Notes under the pieces: generated by a model
What the model was told of the DNA's origin: nothing
The model's input: the letters and a program-made list of their open reading frames with translations, nothing else
Database searches by the model: none
DNA from: Utricularia gibba
Taxonomy: Eukaryota; Plantae; Magnoliophyta
Reading direction: 5' to 3'
Assembly: GCA_002189035.1 (NCBI GenBank)
Contig: NEEC01000054.1
Span: 1 to 43,016, forward strand
Length of the DNA: 43,016 bases
Part shown: positions 1-12,000 of the stretch, one piece after another
How positions within the stretch are numbered: the first letter of the stretch is position 1
How the letters are laid out: every line of letters starts with the position of its first letter
Made by a program: the position numbers and the translations under genes

Positions 1-794
1 GGCACGACCTCCGGCTCGATCAGGGTGCCCCACCGAGAGCTCCTCCTTAAGTATAAAGTGTGTTGTTGAAAAAAACCGTGTGCGGTTCTCGTGACATCCT
101 AACTTCAACAAATGCATCACGATTTTCGTCGAGTCGGACGGGACCGGGCTCCCGGGGCCCGGACGAGGCGCAGCACCCGCTCCCTCCCCCCCAACTAGAA
201 GGTGTTCCATGGAAAACCATTTAGGCGGCTCGTGACAACCCAAAGTTAATACATGCATCACTTTCTTTGCCGGGCTACAATGACTTTACGCTCGAGCCTG
301 GTACGACGTATGGGAAGATTCGAGTGCCCCCCGAGAGCGTCTCCACAAGTATAAAGCGTGTTGTTGAAAAAAACCGTGTTGGGTGCACGTGACATCCTAA
401 TTTCAACAAATGCGTCACGATTTTCGCCGATGGGACCATACTGGGCTCATCAGCCAGACCGAACCCGGGGCCCAAGCCAAGGGCCCCTCGAGAGCGCCCC
501 CCCACAAAACTAGATGGTGTTCCATGAAAAAAAGTTAGGCGGCTCGTGATAACCCAACGCTAAGAAATGCATCCATTTTTTCGCCGGGCTAAAACTGACT
601 TTGGGCTCATGCCTGGCGCGACCCCCAGCCCGTGTGCATACGCAGCAGCACCACGAGGCCACATGGGCTTGGTTAATGCCAGCGTGCTCGAGCAGCAGCC
701 ACAAGGCCATACGGGCGTGGAACAAAAGCAAACAATCATAAAATACAATAAGCCAAAAATAAAAAATAAAATTGATAAACCCTTGGTTCGGTTC

Positions 795-834
795 GGGCCC
801 AATCAAAACCCGTAGGGTTTAACCCGTTCGGGTT
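795..834. promoter_or_regulatory. Site II (GGCCCA) + telo-box (TAGGGTTT) + two mini-hairpins, present once per monomer
   Basis: GGCCCA 796-801 (reverse complement of TGGGCC), TAGGGTTT 813-820 (reverse complement of AAACCCTA), hairpins AAACCC-GTA-GGGTTT 806-820 and AACCCG-TT-CGGGTT 821-834, second GGCCCA 922-927. The motifs are seen directly; function is not shown. Confidence 0.35.
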
Positions 835-1027
835 GAACAGAAAGACAACCCCATGGGTCATGCAAACTGTAATACCCAGAATTTCATCGGGTTGGGTCCG
901 AACCTGAATGGATCCAACGCAGGCCCATCTCTAATCATAATCATATGATATAGGTTTATTAAATATAAATAATTGAAATACATTATTTATTAAACCGTAG
1001 GATAACTATGAAAGCTTCTTTGACTTA

Positions 1028-1862
1028 ATTATTACCATTTGATCCTCAGTTGTACTTTGGATGGAGTGTGTAGTTTTACTTTAGTTATTTTAATTAGCAT
1101 TCGATCCTTGGTTATGATTCAGATCATATTTGCTATTTTTTTACTTTAAATATTTTTATTATCATTCGATCCGTAAGTATGATGCGGATCGAGCGCGTAT
1201 TTTTTATTTTAATATTTTTATTAGCATTCGAACGTTAGGTATGCTGCGGATCGAGCGTATATTTTTCACTTTCATATTTTTATTAGCCTTAGATCCTTAG
1301 GTATACTTTGGATCGAGTGCATATTCATTTATTTTAAATCTTAATTAGCGTTCGACGTTAGGAGCAATTTAGAACGTGTATACATTACAATGCCATGCCG
1401 CACGTACGGGGTCCACGCGTAAACCACGCCCGTGTCCACACGCTGCAGCACCACAAGGCCACACGGGCGTGGTTTACGCACAACCCACGCCCGTGTGCAT
1501 ACGCTGCAGCACCCCAAGGCCACACGGGCGTGGTTTACGCACAACCCACGCCCGTGTGCCCTGGCAATGTAAACACGCTCCACATTGCTCCTAAGGATCG
1601 AGCGTTAACACAAGTTTCAAGTAAACCATATCCACTCGATCCGAATCATATCTAAAGACCGAAAGCTAATAAAAATATTAAAATAAAAAATATACGCTCG
1701 ATCCGCATCATATCTTAGAATCGAATGCAAATAGAATCGTTCAAATAAAAAATATACACTCGATTGGAATCATAACCAAGGATCGAATGCTAATTAAAAT
1801 GATTAAAATAAAAATGCACACTCCATCCAAAGTATAACTAAGAGTCGAATGCTAATAAAATT
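1028..1862. repeat. ~830-bp degenerate palindrome (foldback) inside each monomer; first copy shown
   Basis: Arms ~1028-1392 and ~1563-1862 are imperfect reverse complements. Examples: TACTTTGGATGGAGTGTG...TTTTAATTAGCATTCGATCCTTGGTTATGATTC (1053-1119) vs its complement at ~1765-1832; TTAGGAGCAATTTAGAACGTGTATACATT vs AATGTAAACACGCTCCACATTGCTCCTAA. The arms are built from AT-rich ~60-bp sub-units. Confidence 0.9.
1417..1557. repeat. 61-bp GC-rich hairpin VNTR at the centre of the palindrome (0, 1 or 2 units per monomer)
   Basis: CCACGCCCGTGT at 1424, 1485, 1546 (period 61). Perfect 19-bp stem GCGTAAACCACGCCCGTGT (1417-1435) / ACACGGGCGTGGTTTACGC (1461-1479) with a 25-nt loop. Monomer lengths fall in steps of ~61 bp. 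A diverged copy of the motif lies at ~625-720. Confidence 0.92.
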
Positions 1863-1971
1863 AAAAACTAAGAAACTTTCACATGTAGTATATGCTTTAA
1901 TAACTAACGTATTTAACATTATTTATAATTTAATAACATATATCACATGATTATAAAAATATTTTTTTTGT

Positions 1972-2219
1972 CATTGTAGAAAGCTCATCACGCCATGTAC
2001 ACCACCCTGGAGAGGTTTCAACAGCAGTCATGAACTCACAACCCTTGCTCAGCAGATTCAGTAAAATTCTCTAACACTTGCGCTTCCAACGGATCATATC
2101 CCATATTCATTCATACGAAATTGTGCAAGAATAATGTGACTTTGAGTTTGAACTAGATAGTAGGACGCTGATCGAAGAATGGCCCATCGAGTCTCTAAAA
2201 TTGCCCGTCCTCGCTCAAC
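1972..2219 (-). pseudogene. Decayed PIF/Harbinger transposase C-terminal fragment (one per monomer, ~14 copies in window; first shown)
   Basis: The minus strand reads VERGRAILETRWAILRSASYYLVQTQSHIILA, frameshift, LHNFV*MNMGYDPLEAQVLE, frameshift, EFMTAVETSPGWCTWRDELSTM. From memory this matches the plant Harbinger DDE_Tnp_4 C-terminus (IERxFGxLKxRWAILRSxSFYPxKTQxxIIxACCLLHNFIRxxMxxDPLE...VETSxEWTxWRDxLAxxM). Stops and frameshifts are present. Confidence 0.82.
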
Positions 2220-3070
2220 AAATGTGGGGTGCACGTGACATCCCAATTTCAACAAATGCATCATGATTTTCGTCGAGTGGGCCCATGAGCCCGACCGAAC
2301 CCGGGGCCGGGCCAAGGGCCCCTCGAGAGCGCCCGCCTCAATACGAGGAGGTGTTCCTTCGAAAACCATATACGCGTCTCGTCACAACCCAACGTTAATA
2401 AATGCATCACTTTTTTTGGCGCGCTACTGCTGACTTTGGGCCCGAGTTCGGCACGACCTCCGGCTCGATCAGGGTGCCCCACCGAGAGCTCCTCCTTAAG
2501 TATAAAGTGTGTTGTTGAAAAAAACCGTGTGCGGTTCTCGTGACATCCTAACTTCAACAAATGCATCACGATTTTCGTCGAGTCGGACGGGACCGGGCTC
2601 CCGGGGCCCGGACGAGGCGCAGCCCGCTCCCCTCCCCCCCAAAACTAGAAGGTGTTCCATGGAAAACCATTTAGGCGGCTCGTGACAACCCAAAGTTAAT
2701 AAATGCATCACTTTCTTTGCCGGGTTACAATGACTTTACGCTCGAGCCTGGTACGACGTATGGGAAGATTCGAGTGCCCCCCGAGAGCGTCTCCACAAGT
2801 ATAAAGCGTGTTGTTGAAAAAACCGTGTTGGGTGCACGTGACATCCTAATTTCAACAAATGCGTCACGATTTTCGCCGAGTGGGACCAGAGTGGGCTCAT
2901 CAGCCAGACCGAACCCGGGGCCCAAGCCAAGGGCCCCTCGAGAGCGCCCCCCACAAAACTAGATGGTGTTCCACGAAAAAAAATTAGGCGGCTCGTGATA
3001 ACCCAACGCTAAGAAATGCATCCCTTTTTTCGCCGGGCTAAAACTGACTTTGGGCTCATGCCCGGCGCGA
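2215..3070 (+). repeat. ~300-bp GC-rich sub-repeat, ~2.8 diverged copies per monomer; first complete set shown
   Basis: GTGACATCC at 2235, 2540 and 2838. Recurring blocks TTCAACAAATGC, AAAACTAGA(A/T)GGTGTTCC, AAATGCATC, GTATAAAG(C/T)GTGTTGTTGAAAAAA. Confidence 0.9.
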
Positions 3071-6000
3071 CCCCCAGCCCGTGTGCATACGCAGCAGCAC
3101 CACGAGGCCACATGGGCTTGGTTAATGCCCGCGTGCTCGAGCAGCAGCCACAAGGCCATACGGCCGTGGAAAAAAGAAAAACAACCATAAAATACAATAA
3201 GCCAAAAAATAAAAAAAAAAATTGATAAACCCTTGGTTCGGTTCGGGCCCAATCAAAACCCGTAGGGTTTAACCCGTTCGGGTTGAACAGAAAGACAACC
3301 CATGGGTCATGCAAACTGTAATACCCAGAATTTCATCGGGTTGGGTCCGAACCTGAATGGATCCAACGCAGGCCCATCTCTAATCATAATCATATGATAT
3401 AGGTTTATTAAATTATAAATAATTGAAATACATTATTTATTAAACCGTAGGATAACTATGAAAGCTTCTTTGACTTAATTATTACCATTTGATCCTCAGT
3501 TGTACTTTGGATGGAGTGTGTAGTTTTACTTTAGTCATTTTAATTAGCATTCGATCCTTGGTTATGATTCAGATCATATTTGCTATTTTTTTACTTTAAA
3601 TATTTTTATTATCATTCGATCCGTAAGTATGATGCGGATCGAGCGCGTATTTTTTTTTTATATTTTTATTAGCATTCGAACGTTAGGTATGCTGCGGATC
3701 GAGCGTATATTTTTCACTTTCATATTTTTATTAGCCTTAGATCCTTAGGTATACTTTGGATCGAGTGCATATTCATTTATTTTAAATCTTAATTAGCGTT
3801 CGACCGTTAGGAGCAATTTAGAACGTGTATACATTACAATGCCATGCCGCACGGACGTGGTCTACGCGTAAACCACGCCCGTGTCCACACGCTGCAGCAC
3901 CACAAGGCCACACGGGCGTGGTTTGCGCACAACCCACGCCCGTGTGCCCTGGCAATGTAAACACGCTCCACATTGCTCCTAAGGATCGAGCGTTAACACA
4001 AGTTTCAAGTAAACCATATCCACTCGATCCGAATCATATCTAAAGACCGAAAGCTAATAAAATATTAAAATAAAAAATATACGCTCGATCCGCATCATAT
4101 CTTAGAATCGAATGCAAATAGAATCGTTCAAATAAAAAATATACACTCGATTGGAATCATAACCAAGGATCGAATGCTAATTAAAATGATTAAAATAAAA
4201 ATGCACACTCCATCCAAAGTATAACTAAGGGTCGAATGCTAATAAAATTAAAAACTAAGAAACTTTCACATGTAGTATATGCTTTAATAACTAACGTATT
4301 TAACATTATTTATAATTTAATAAACATATATCACATGATTATAAAAATTTTTTTTTGTCATTGTAGAAAGCTCATCACGCCATGTACACCCCCTGGAGAG
4401 GTTTCAACAGCAGTCATGAACTCACAACCCTTGCTCAGCAGATTCAGTAAAATTCTCTAACACTTGCGCTTCCAACGGATCATATCCCATATTCATTCAT
4501 ACGAAATTGTGCAAGAATAATGTGACTTTGAGTTTGAACTAGATAGTAGGACGCTGATCGAAGAATGGCCCATCGAGTCTCTAAAATTGGCCGTCCTCGC
4601 TCAACAAATGTGGGGTGCACGTGACATCCCAATTTCAACAAATGCATCATGATTTTCGTCGAGTGGGCCCATGAGCCCGACCGAACCCGGGGCCCGGGCC
4701 AAGGGCCCCTCGAGAGCGCCCGCCTCAATACGAGGAGGTGTTCCTTCGAAAACCATATACGCGTCTCGTCACAACCCAACGTTAATAAATGCATCACTTT
4801 TTTTGGCGCGCTACTGCTGACTTTGGGCCCGAGTTCGGCACGACCTCCGGCTCGATCAGGGTGCCCCACCGAGAGCTCCTCCTTAAGTATAAAGTGTGTT
4901 GTTGAAAAAAACCGTGTGCGGTTCTCGTGACATCCTAACTTCAACAAATGCATCACGATTTTCGTCGAGTCGGACGGGACCGGGCTCCCGGGGCCCGGAC
5001 GAGGCGCAGCGCCCCCCTCCCCTCCCCCCAAAACTAGAAGGTGTTCCATGGAAAACCATTTAGGCGGCTCGTGACAACCCAAAGTTAATAAATGCATCAC
5101 TTTCTTTGCCGGGCTACAATGACTTTACGCTCGAGCCTGGTACGACGTATGGGAAGATTCGAGTGCCCCCCGAGAGCGTCTCCACAAGTATAAAGCGTGT
5201 TGTTGAAAAAACCGTGTTGGGTGCACGTGACATCCTAATTTCAACAAATGCGTCACGATTTTCGCCGATGGGACCATAGTGGGCTCATCAGCCAGACCGA
5301 ACCCGGGGCCCAAGCCAAGGGCCCCTCGAGAGCGCCCCCCACAAAACTAGATGGTGTTCCATGAAAAAAAGTTAGGCGGCTCGTGATAACCCAACGCTAA
5401 GAAATGCATCCATTTTTTCGCCGGGCTAAAACTGACTTTGGGCTCATGCCTGGCGCGACCCCCAGCCCGTGTGCATACGCAGCAGCACCACGAGGCCACA
5501 TGGGCTTGGTTAATGCCAGCGTGCTCGAGCAGCAGCCACAAGGCCATACGGGCGTGGAACAAAGCAAACAATCATAAAATACAATAAGCCAAAAAATAAA
5601 AATAAAATTGATAAACCCTTGGTTCGGTTCGGGCCCAATCAAAACCCGTAGGGTTTAACCCGTTCGGGTTGAATAGAAAGACAACCCCATGGGTCATGCA
5701 AACTGTAATACCCAGAATTTCATCGGGTTGGGTCCGAACCTGAATGGATCCAACGCAGGCCCATCTCTAATCATAATCATATGATATAGGTTTATTAAAT
5801 TATAAATAATTGAAATACATTATTTATTAAACCGTAGGATAACTATGAAAGCTTCTTTGACTTAATTATTACCATTTGATCCTCAGTTGTACTTTGGATG
5901 GAGTGTGTAGTTTTACTTTAGTTATTTTAATTAGCATTCGATCCTTGGTTATGATTCAGATCATATTTGCTATTTTTTTACTTTAAATATTTTTATTATC

Positions 6001-9000
6001 ATTCGATCCGTAAGTATGATGCGGATCGAGCGCGTATTTTTTATTTTAATATTTTTATTAGCATTCGAACGTTAGGTATGCTGCGGATCGAGCGTATATT
6101 TTTCACTTTCATATTTTATTAGCCTTAGATCCTTAGGTATACTTTGGATCGAGTGCATATTCATTTATTTTAAATCTTAATTAGCGTTCGACCGTTAGGA
6201 GCAATTTAGAACGTGTATACATTACAATGCATGCAGCACGTACGGGGTCCACGCGTAAACCACGCCCGTGTCCACACGCTGCAGCACCACAAGGCCACAC
6301 GGGCGTGGTTTACGCACAACCCACGCCCGTGTGCATACGCTGCAGCACCCCAAGGCCACACGGGCGTGGTTTACGCACAACCCACGCCCGTGTGCCCTGG
6401 CAATGTAAACACGCTCCACATTGCTCCTAAGGATCGAGCGTTAACACAAGTTTCAAGTAAACCATATCCACTCGATCCGAATCATATCTAAAGACCGAAA
6501 GCTAATAAAAATATTAAAATAAAAAATATACGCTCGATCCGCATCATATCTTAGAATCGAATGCAAATAGAATCGTTCAAATAAAAAATATACACTCGAT
6601 TGGAATCATAACCAAGGATCGAATGCTAATTAAAATGATTAAAATAAAAATGCACACTCCATCCAAAGTATAACTAAGAGTCGAATGCTAATAAAATTAA
6701 AAACTAAGAAACTTTCACATGTAGTATATGCTTTAATAACTAACGTATTTAACATTATTTATAATTTAATAAACATATATCACATGATTATAAAAATATT
6801 TTTTTTGTCATTGTAGAAAGCTCATCACGCCATGTACACCACCCTGGAGAGGTTTCAACAGCAGTCATGAACTCACAACCCCTTGCTCAGCAGATTCAGT
6901 AAAATTCTCTAACACTTGCGCTTCCAACGGATCATATCCCATATTCATTCATACGAAATTGTGCAAGAATAATGTGACTTTGAGTTTGAACTAGATAGTA
7001 GGACGCTGATCGAAGAATGGCCCATCGAGTCTCTAAAATTGCCCGTCCTCGCTCAACAAATGTGGGGTGCACGTGACATCCCAATTTCAACAAATGCATC
7101 ATGATTTTCGTCGAGTGGGCCCATGAGCCCGACCGAACCCGGGGCCGGGCCAAGGGCCCCTCGAGAGCGCCCGCCTCAATACGAGGAGGTGTTCCTTCGA
7201 AAACCATATACGCGTCTCGTCACAACCCAACGTTAATAAATGCATCACTTTTTTTGGCGCGCTACTGCTGACTTTGGGCCCGAGTTCGGCACGACCTCCG
7301 GCTCGATCAGGGTGCCCCACCGAGAGCTCCTCCTTAAGTATAAAGTGTGTTGTTGAAAAAAACCGTGTGCGGTTCTCGTGACATCCTAACTTCAACAAAT
7401 GCATCACGATTTTCGTCGAGTCGGACGGGACCGGGCTCCCGGGGCCCGGACGAGGCGCAGCGCCCGCTCCCCTTCCCCCCAAAACTAGAAGGTGTTCCAT
7501 GGAAAACCATTTAGGCGGCTCGTGACAACCCAAAGTTAATAAATGCATCACTTTCTTTGCCGGGTTACAATGACTTTACGCTCGAGCCTGGTACGACGTA
7601 TGGGAAGATTCGAGTGCCCCCGAGAGAGCGTCTCCACAAGTATAAAGCGTGTTGTTGAAAAAACCGTGTTGGGTGCACGTGACATCCTAATTTCAACAAA
7701 TGCGTCACGATTTTCGCCGAGTGGGACCAGAGTGGGCTCATCAGCCAGACCGAACCCGGGGCCCAAGCCAAGGGCCCCTCGAGAGCGCCCCCCACAAAAC
7801 TAGATGGTGTTCCACGAAAAAAAATTAGGCGGCTCGTGATAACCCAACGCTAAAATGCATCCCTTTTTTTCGCCGGGCTAAAACTGACTTTGGGCTCATG
7901 CCCGGCGCGACCCCCAGCCCGTGTGCATACGCAGCAGCACCACGAGGCCACATGGGCTTGGTTAATGCCCGCGTGCTCGAGCAGCAGCCACAAGGCCATA
8001 CGGCCGTGGAAAAAAAGAAAAACAACCATAAAATACAATAAGCCAAAAATAAAAAATAAAATTGATAAACCCTTGGTTCGGTTCGGGCCCAATCAAAACC
8101 CGTAGGGTTTAACCCGTTCGGGTTGAACAGAAAGACAACCATGGGTCATGCAAACTGTAATACCCAGAATTCATCGGGTTGGGTCCGAACCTGAATGGAT
8201 CCAACGCAGGCCCATCTCTAATCATAATCATATGATATAGGTTTATTAAATTATAAATAATTGAAATACATTATTTATTAAACCGTAGGATAACTATGAA
8301 AGCTTCTTTGACTTAATTATTACCATTTGATCCTCAGTTGTACTTTGGATGGAGTGTGTAGTTTTACTTTAGTCATTTTAATTAGCATTCGATCCTTGGT
8401 TATGATTCAGATCATATTTGCTATTTTTTACTTTAAATATTTTTATTATCATTCGATCCGTAAGTATGATGCGGATCGAGCGTATTTTTTATTTTATATT
8501 TTTATTAGCATTCGAACGTTAGGTATGCTGCGGATCGAGCGTATATTTTTCACTTTCATATTTTTATTAGCCTTAGATCCTTAGGTATACTTTGGATCGA
8601 GTGCATATTCATTTATTTTAAATCTTAATTAGCGTTCGACCGTTAGGAGCAATTTAGAACGTGTATACATTACAATGCCATGCCGCACGGACGTGGTCTA
8701 CGCGTAAACCACGCCGTGTCCACACGCTGCAGCACACAAGGCCACACGTGTTTCGCACAACCCACGCCCGTGTGCCTGGCAATGTAAACACGCTCCACAT
8801 TGCTCCTAAGGATCGAGCGTTAACACAAGTTTCAAGTAAACCATATCCACTCGATCCGAATCATATCTAAAGACCGAAAGCTAATAAAAATATTAAAATA
8901 AAAAATATACGCTCGATCCGCATCATATCTTAGAATCGAATGCAAATAGAATCGTTCAAATAAAAAATATACACTCGATTGGAATCATAACCAAGGATCG

Positions 9001-12000
9001 AATGCTAATTAAAATGATTAAAATAAAAATGCACACTCCATCCAAAGTATAACTAAGGGTCGAATGCTAATAAAATTAAAAACTAAGAAACTTTCACATG
9101 TAGTATATGCTTTAATAACTAACGTATTTAACATTATTTATAATTTATAATTATATATCACATGATTATAAAAATATTTTTTTTGTCATTGTAGAAAGCT
9201 CATCACGCCATGTACACACCACCCTGGAGAGGTTTCAACAGCAGTCATGAACTCACAACCCTTGCTCAGCAGATTCAGTAAAATTCTCTAACACTTGCGC
9301 TTCCAACGGATCATATCCCATATTCATTCATACGAAATTGTGCAAGAATAATGTGACTTTGAGTTTGAACTAGATAGTAGGACGCTGATCGAAGAATGGC
9401 CCATCGAGTCTCTAAAATTGGCCGTCCTCGCTCAACAAATGTGGGGTGCACGTGACATCCCAATTTCAACAAATGCATCATGATTTTCGTCGAGTGGGCC
9501 CATGAGCCCGACCGAACCCGGGGCCCGGGCCAAGGGCCCCTCGAGAGCGCCCGCCTCAATACGAGGAGGTGTTCCTTCGAAAACCATATACGCGTCTCGT
9601 CACAACCCAACGTTAATAAATGCATCACTTTTTTTGGCGCGCTACTGCTGACTTTGGGCCCGAGTTCGGCACGACCTCCGGCTCGATCAGGGTGCCCACC
9701 GAGAGCTCCTCCTTAAGTATAAAGTGTGTTGTTGAAAAAAACCGTGTGCGGTTCTCGTGACATCCTAACTTCAACAAATGCATCACGATTTTCGTCGAGT
9801 CGGACGGGACCGGGCTCCCGGGGCCCGGACGAGGCGCAGCGCCCGCTCCCCTTCCCCCAAAACTAGAAGGTGTTCCATGGAAAACCATTTAGGCGGCTCG
9901 TGACAACCCAAAGTTAATAAATGCATCACTTTCTTTGCCGGGTTACAATGACTTTACGCTCGAGCCTGGTACGACGTATGGGAAGATTCGAGTGCCCCCC
10001 GAGAGCGTCTCCACAAGTATAAAGCGTGTTGTTGAAAAAACCGTGTTGGGTGCACGTGACATCCTAATTTCAACAAATGCGTCACGATTTTCGCCGAGTG
10101 GGACCAGAGTGGGCTCATCAGCCAGACCGAACCCGGGGCCCAAGCCAAGGGCCCCTCGAGAGCGCCCCCCCCACAAAACTAGATGGTGTTCCACGAAAAA
10201 AATTAGGCGGCTCGTGATAACCCAACGCTAAGAAATGCATCCCTTTTTTTCGCCGGGCTAAAACTGACTTTGGGCTCATGCCCGGCGCGACCCCCAGCCC
10301 GTGTGCATACGCAGCAGCACCACGAGGCCACATGGGCTTGGTTAATGCCCGCGTGCTCGAGCAGCAGCCACAAGGCCATACGGCCGTGGAAAAAAAGAAA
10401 AACAACCATAAAATACAATAAGCCAAAAATAAAAAATAAAATTGATAAACCCTTGGTTCGGTTCGGGCCCAATCAAAACCCGTAGGGTTTAACCCGTTCG
10501 GGTTGAACAGAAAGACAACCCCATGGGTCATGCAAACTGTAATACCCAGAATTTCATCGGGTTGGGTCCGAACCTGAATGGATCCAACGCAGGCCCATCT
10601 CTAATCATAATCATATGATATAGGTTTATTAAATTATAAATAATTGAAATACATTATTTATTAAACCGTAGGATAACTATGAAAGCTTCTTTGACTTAAT
10701 TATTACCATTTGATCCTCAGTTGTACTTTGGATGGAGTGTGTAGTTTTACTTTAGTCATTTTAATTAGCATTCGATCCTTGGTTATGATTCAGATCATAT
10801 TTGCTATTTTTTTACTTTAAATATTTTTATTATCATTCGATCCTTAAGTATGATGCGGATCGAGCGCGTATTTTTTATTTTAATATTTTTTATTAGCATT
10901 CGAACGTTAGGTATGCTGCGGATCGAGCGTATATTTTTCACTTCATATTTTTATTAGCCTTAGATCCTTAGGTATACTTTGGATCGAGTGCATATTCATT
11001 TATTTTAAATCTTAATAAGCGTTCGACCGTTAGGAGCAATTTAGAACGTGTATACATTACAATGCCATGCAGCACGTACGGGGTCACGCGTAAACCACGC
11101 CCGTGTCCACACGCTGCAGCACCACAAGGCCACACGGGCGTGGTTTACGCACAACCCACGCCCGTGTGCATACGCTGCAGCACCCCAAGGCCACACGGGC
11201 GTGGTTTACGCACAACCCACGCCCGTGTGCCCTGGCAATGTAAACACGCTCCACATTGCTCCTAAGGATCGAGCGTTAACACAAGTTTCAAGTAAACCAT
11301 ATCCACTCGATCCGAATCATATCTAAAGACCGAAAGCTAATAAAAATATTAAAATAAAAAATATACGCTCGATCCGCATCATATCTTAGAATCGAATGCA
11401 AATAGAATCGTTCAAATAAAAAATATACACTCGATTGGAATCATAACCAAGGATCGAATGCTAATTAAAATGATTAAAATAAAAATGCACACTCCATCCA
11501 AAGTATAACTAAGGGTCGAATGCTAATAAAATTAAAAACTAAGAAACTTTCACATGTAGTATATGCTTTAATAACTAACGTATTTAACATTATTTATAAT
11601 TTAATAAACATATATCACATGATTATAAAAATATTTTTTTTGTCATTGTAGAAAGCTCATCACGCCATGTACACCACCCTGGAGAGGTTTCAACAGCAGT
11701 CATGAACTCACAACCCCTTGCTCAGCAGATTCAGTAAAATTCTCTAACACTTGCGCTTCCAACGGATCATATCCCATATTCATTCATACGAAATTGTGCA
11801 AGAATAATGTGACTTTGAGTTTGAACTAGATAGTAGGACGCTGATCGAAGAATGGCCCATCGAGTCTCTAAAATTGGCCGTCCTCGCTCAACAAATGTGG
11901 GGTGCACGTGACATCCCAATTTCAACAAATGCATCATGATTTTCGTCGAGTGGGCCCATGAGCCCGACCGAACCCGGGGCCCGGGCCAAGGGCCCCTCGA

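Noticed and set aside
911-927. GGATCCAACGCAGGCCC (reverse complement GGGCCTGCGTTGGATCC) as a possible PIF/Tourist TIR
   Set aside because: Only loosely similar to GGGCC(C/T)GTTTGG-type TIRs. No matching partner TIR or TAA/TTA target duplication was found.
1417-1557. CRISPR-like appearance of regularly spaced palindromic repeats
   Set aside because: The intervening sequences are near-identical rather than unique spacers, there are no cas genes, and the context is eukaryotic.
8100-8800. Cluster of 1-3 bp deletions in monomer 4
   Set aside because: Scattered single-base losses, mostly in short runs, look like low-quality consensus rather than biology. They also caution against trusting homopolymer lengths elsewhere.
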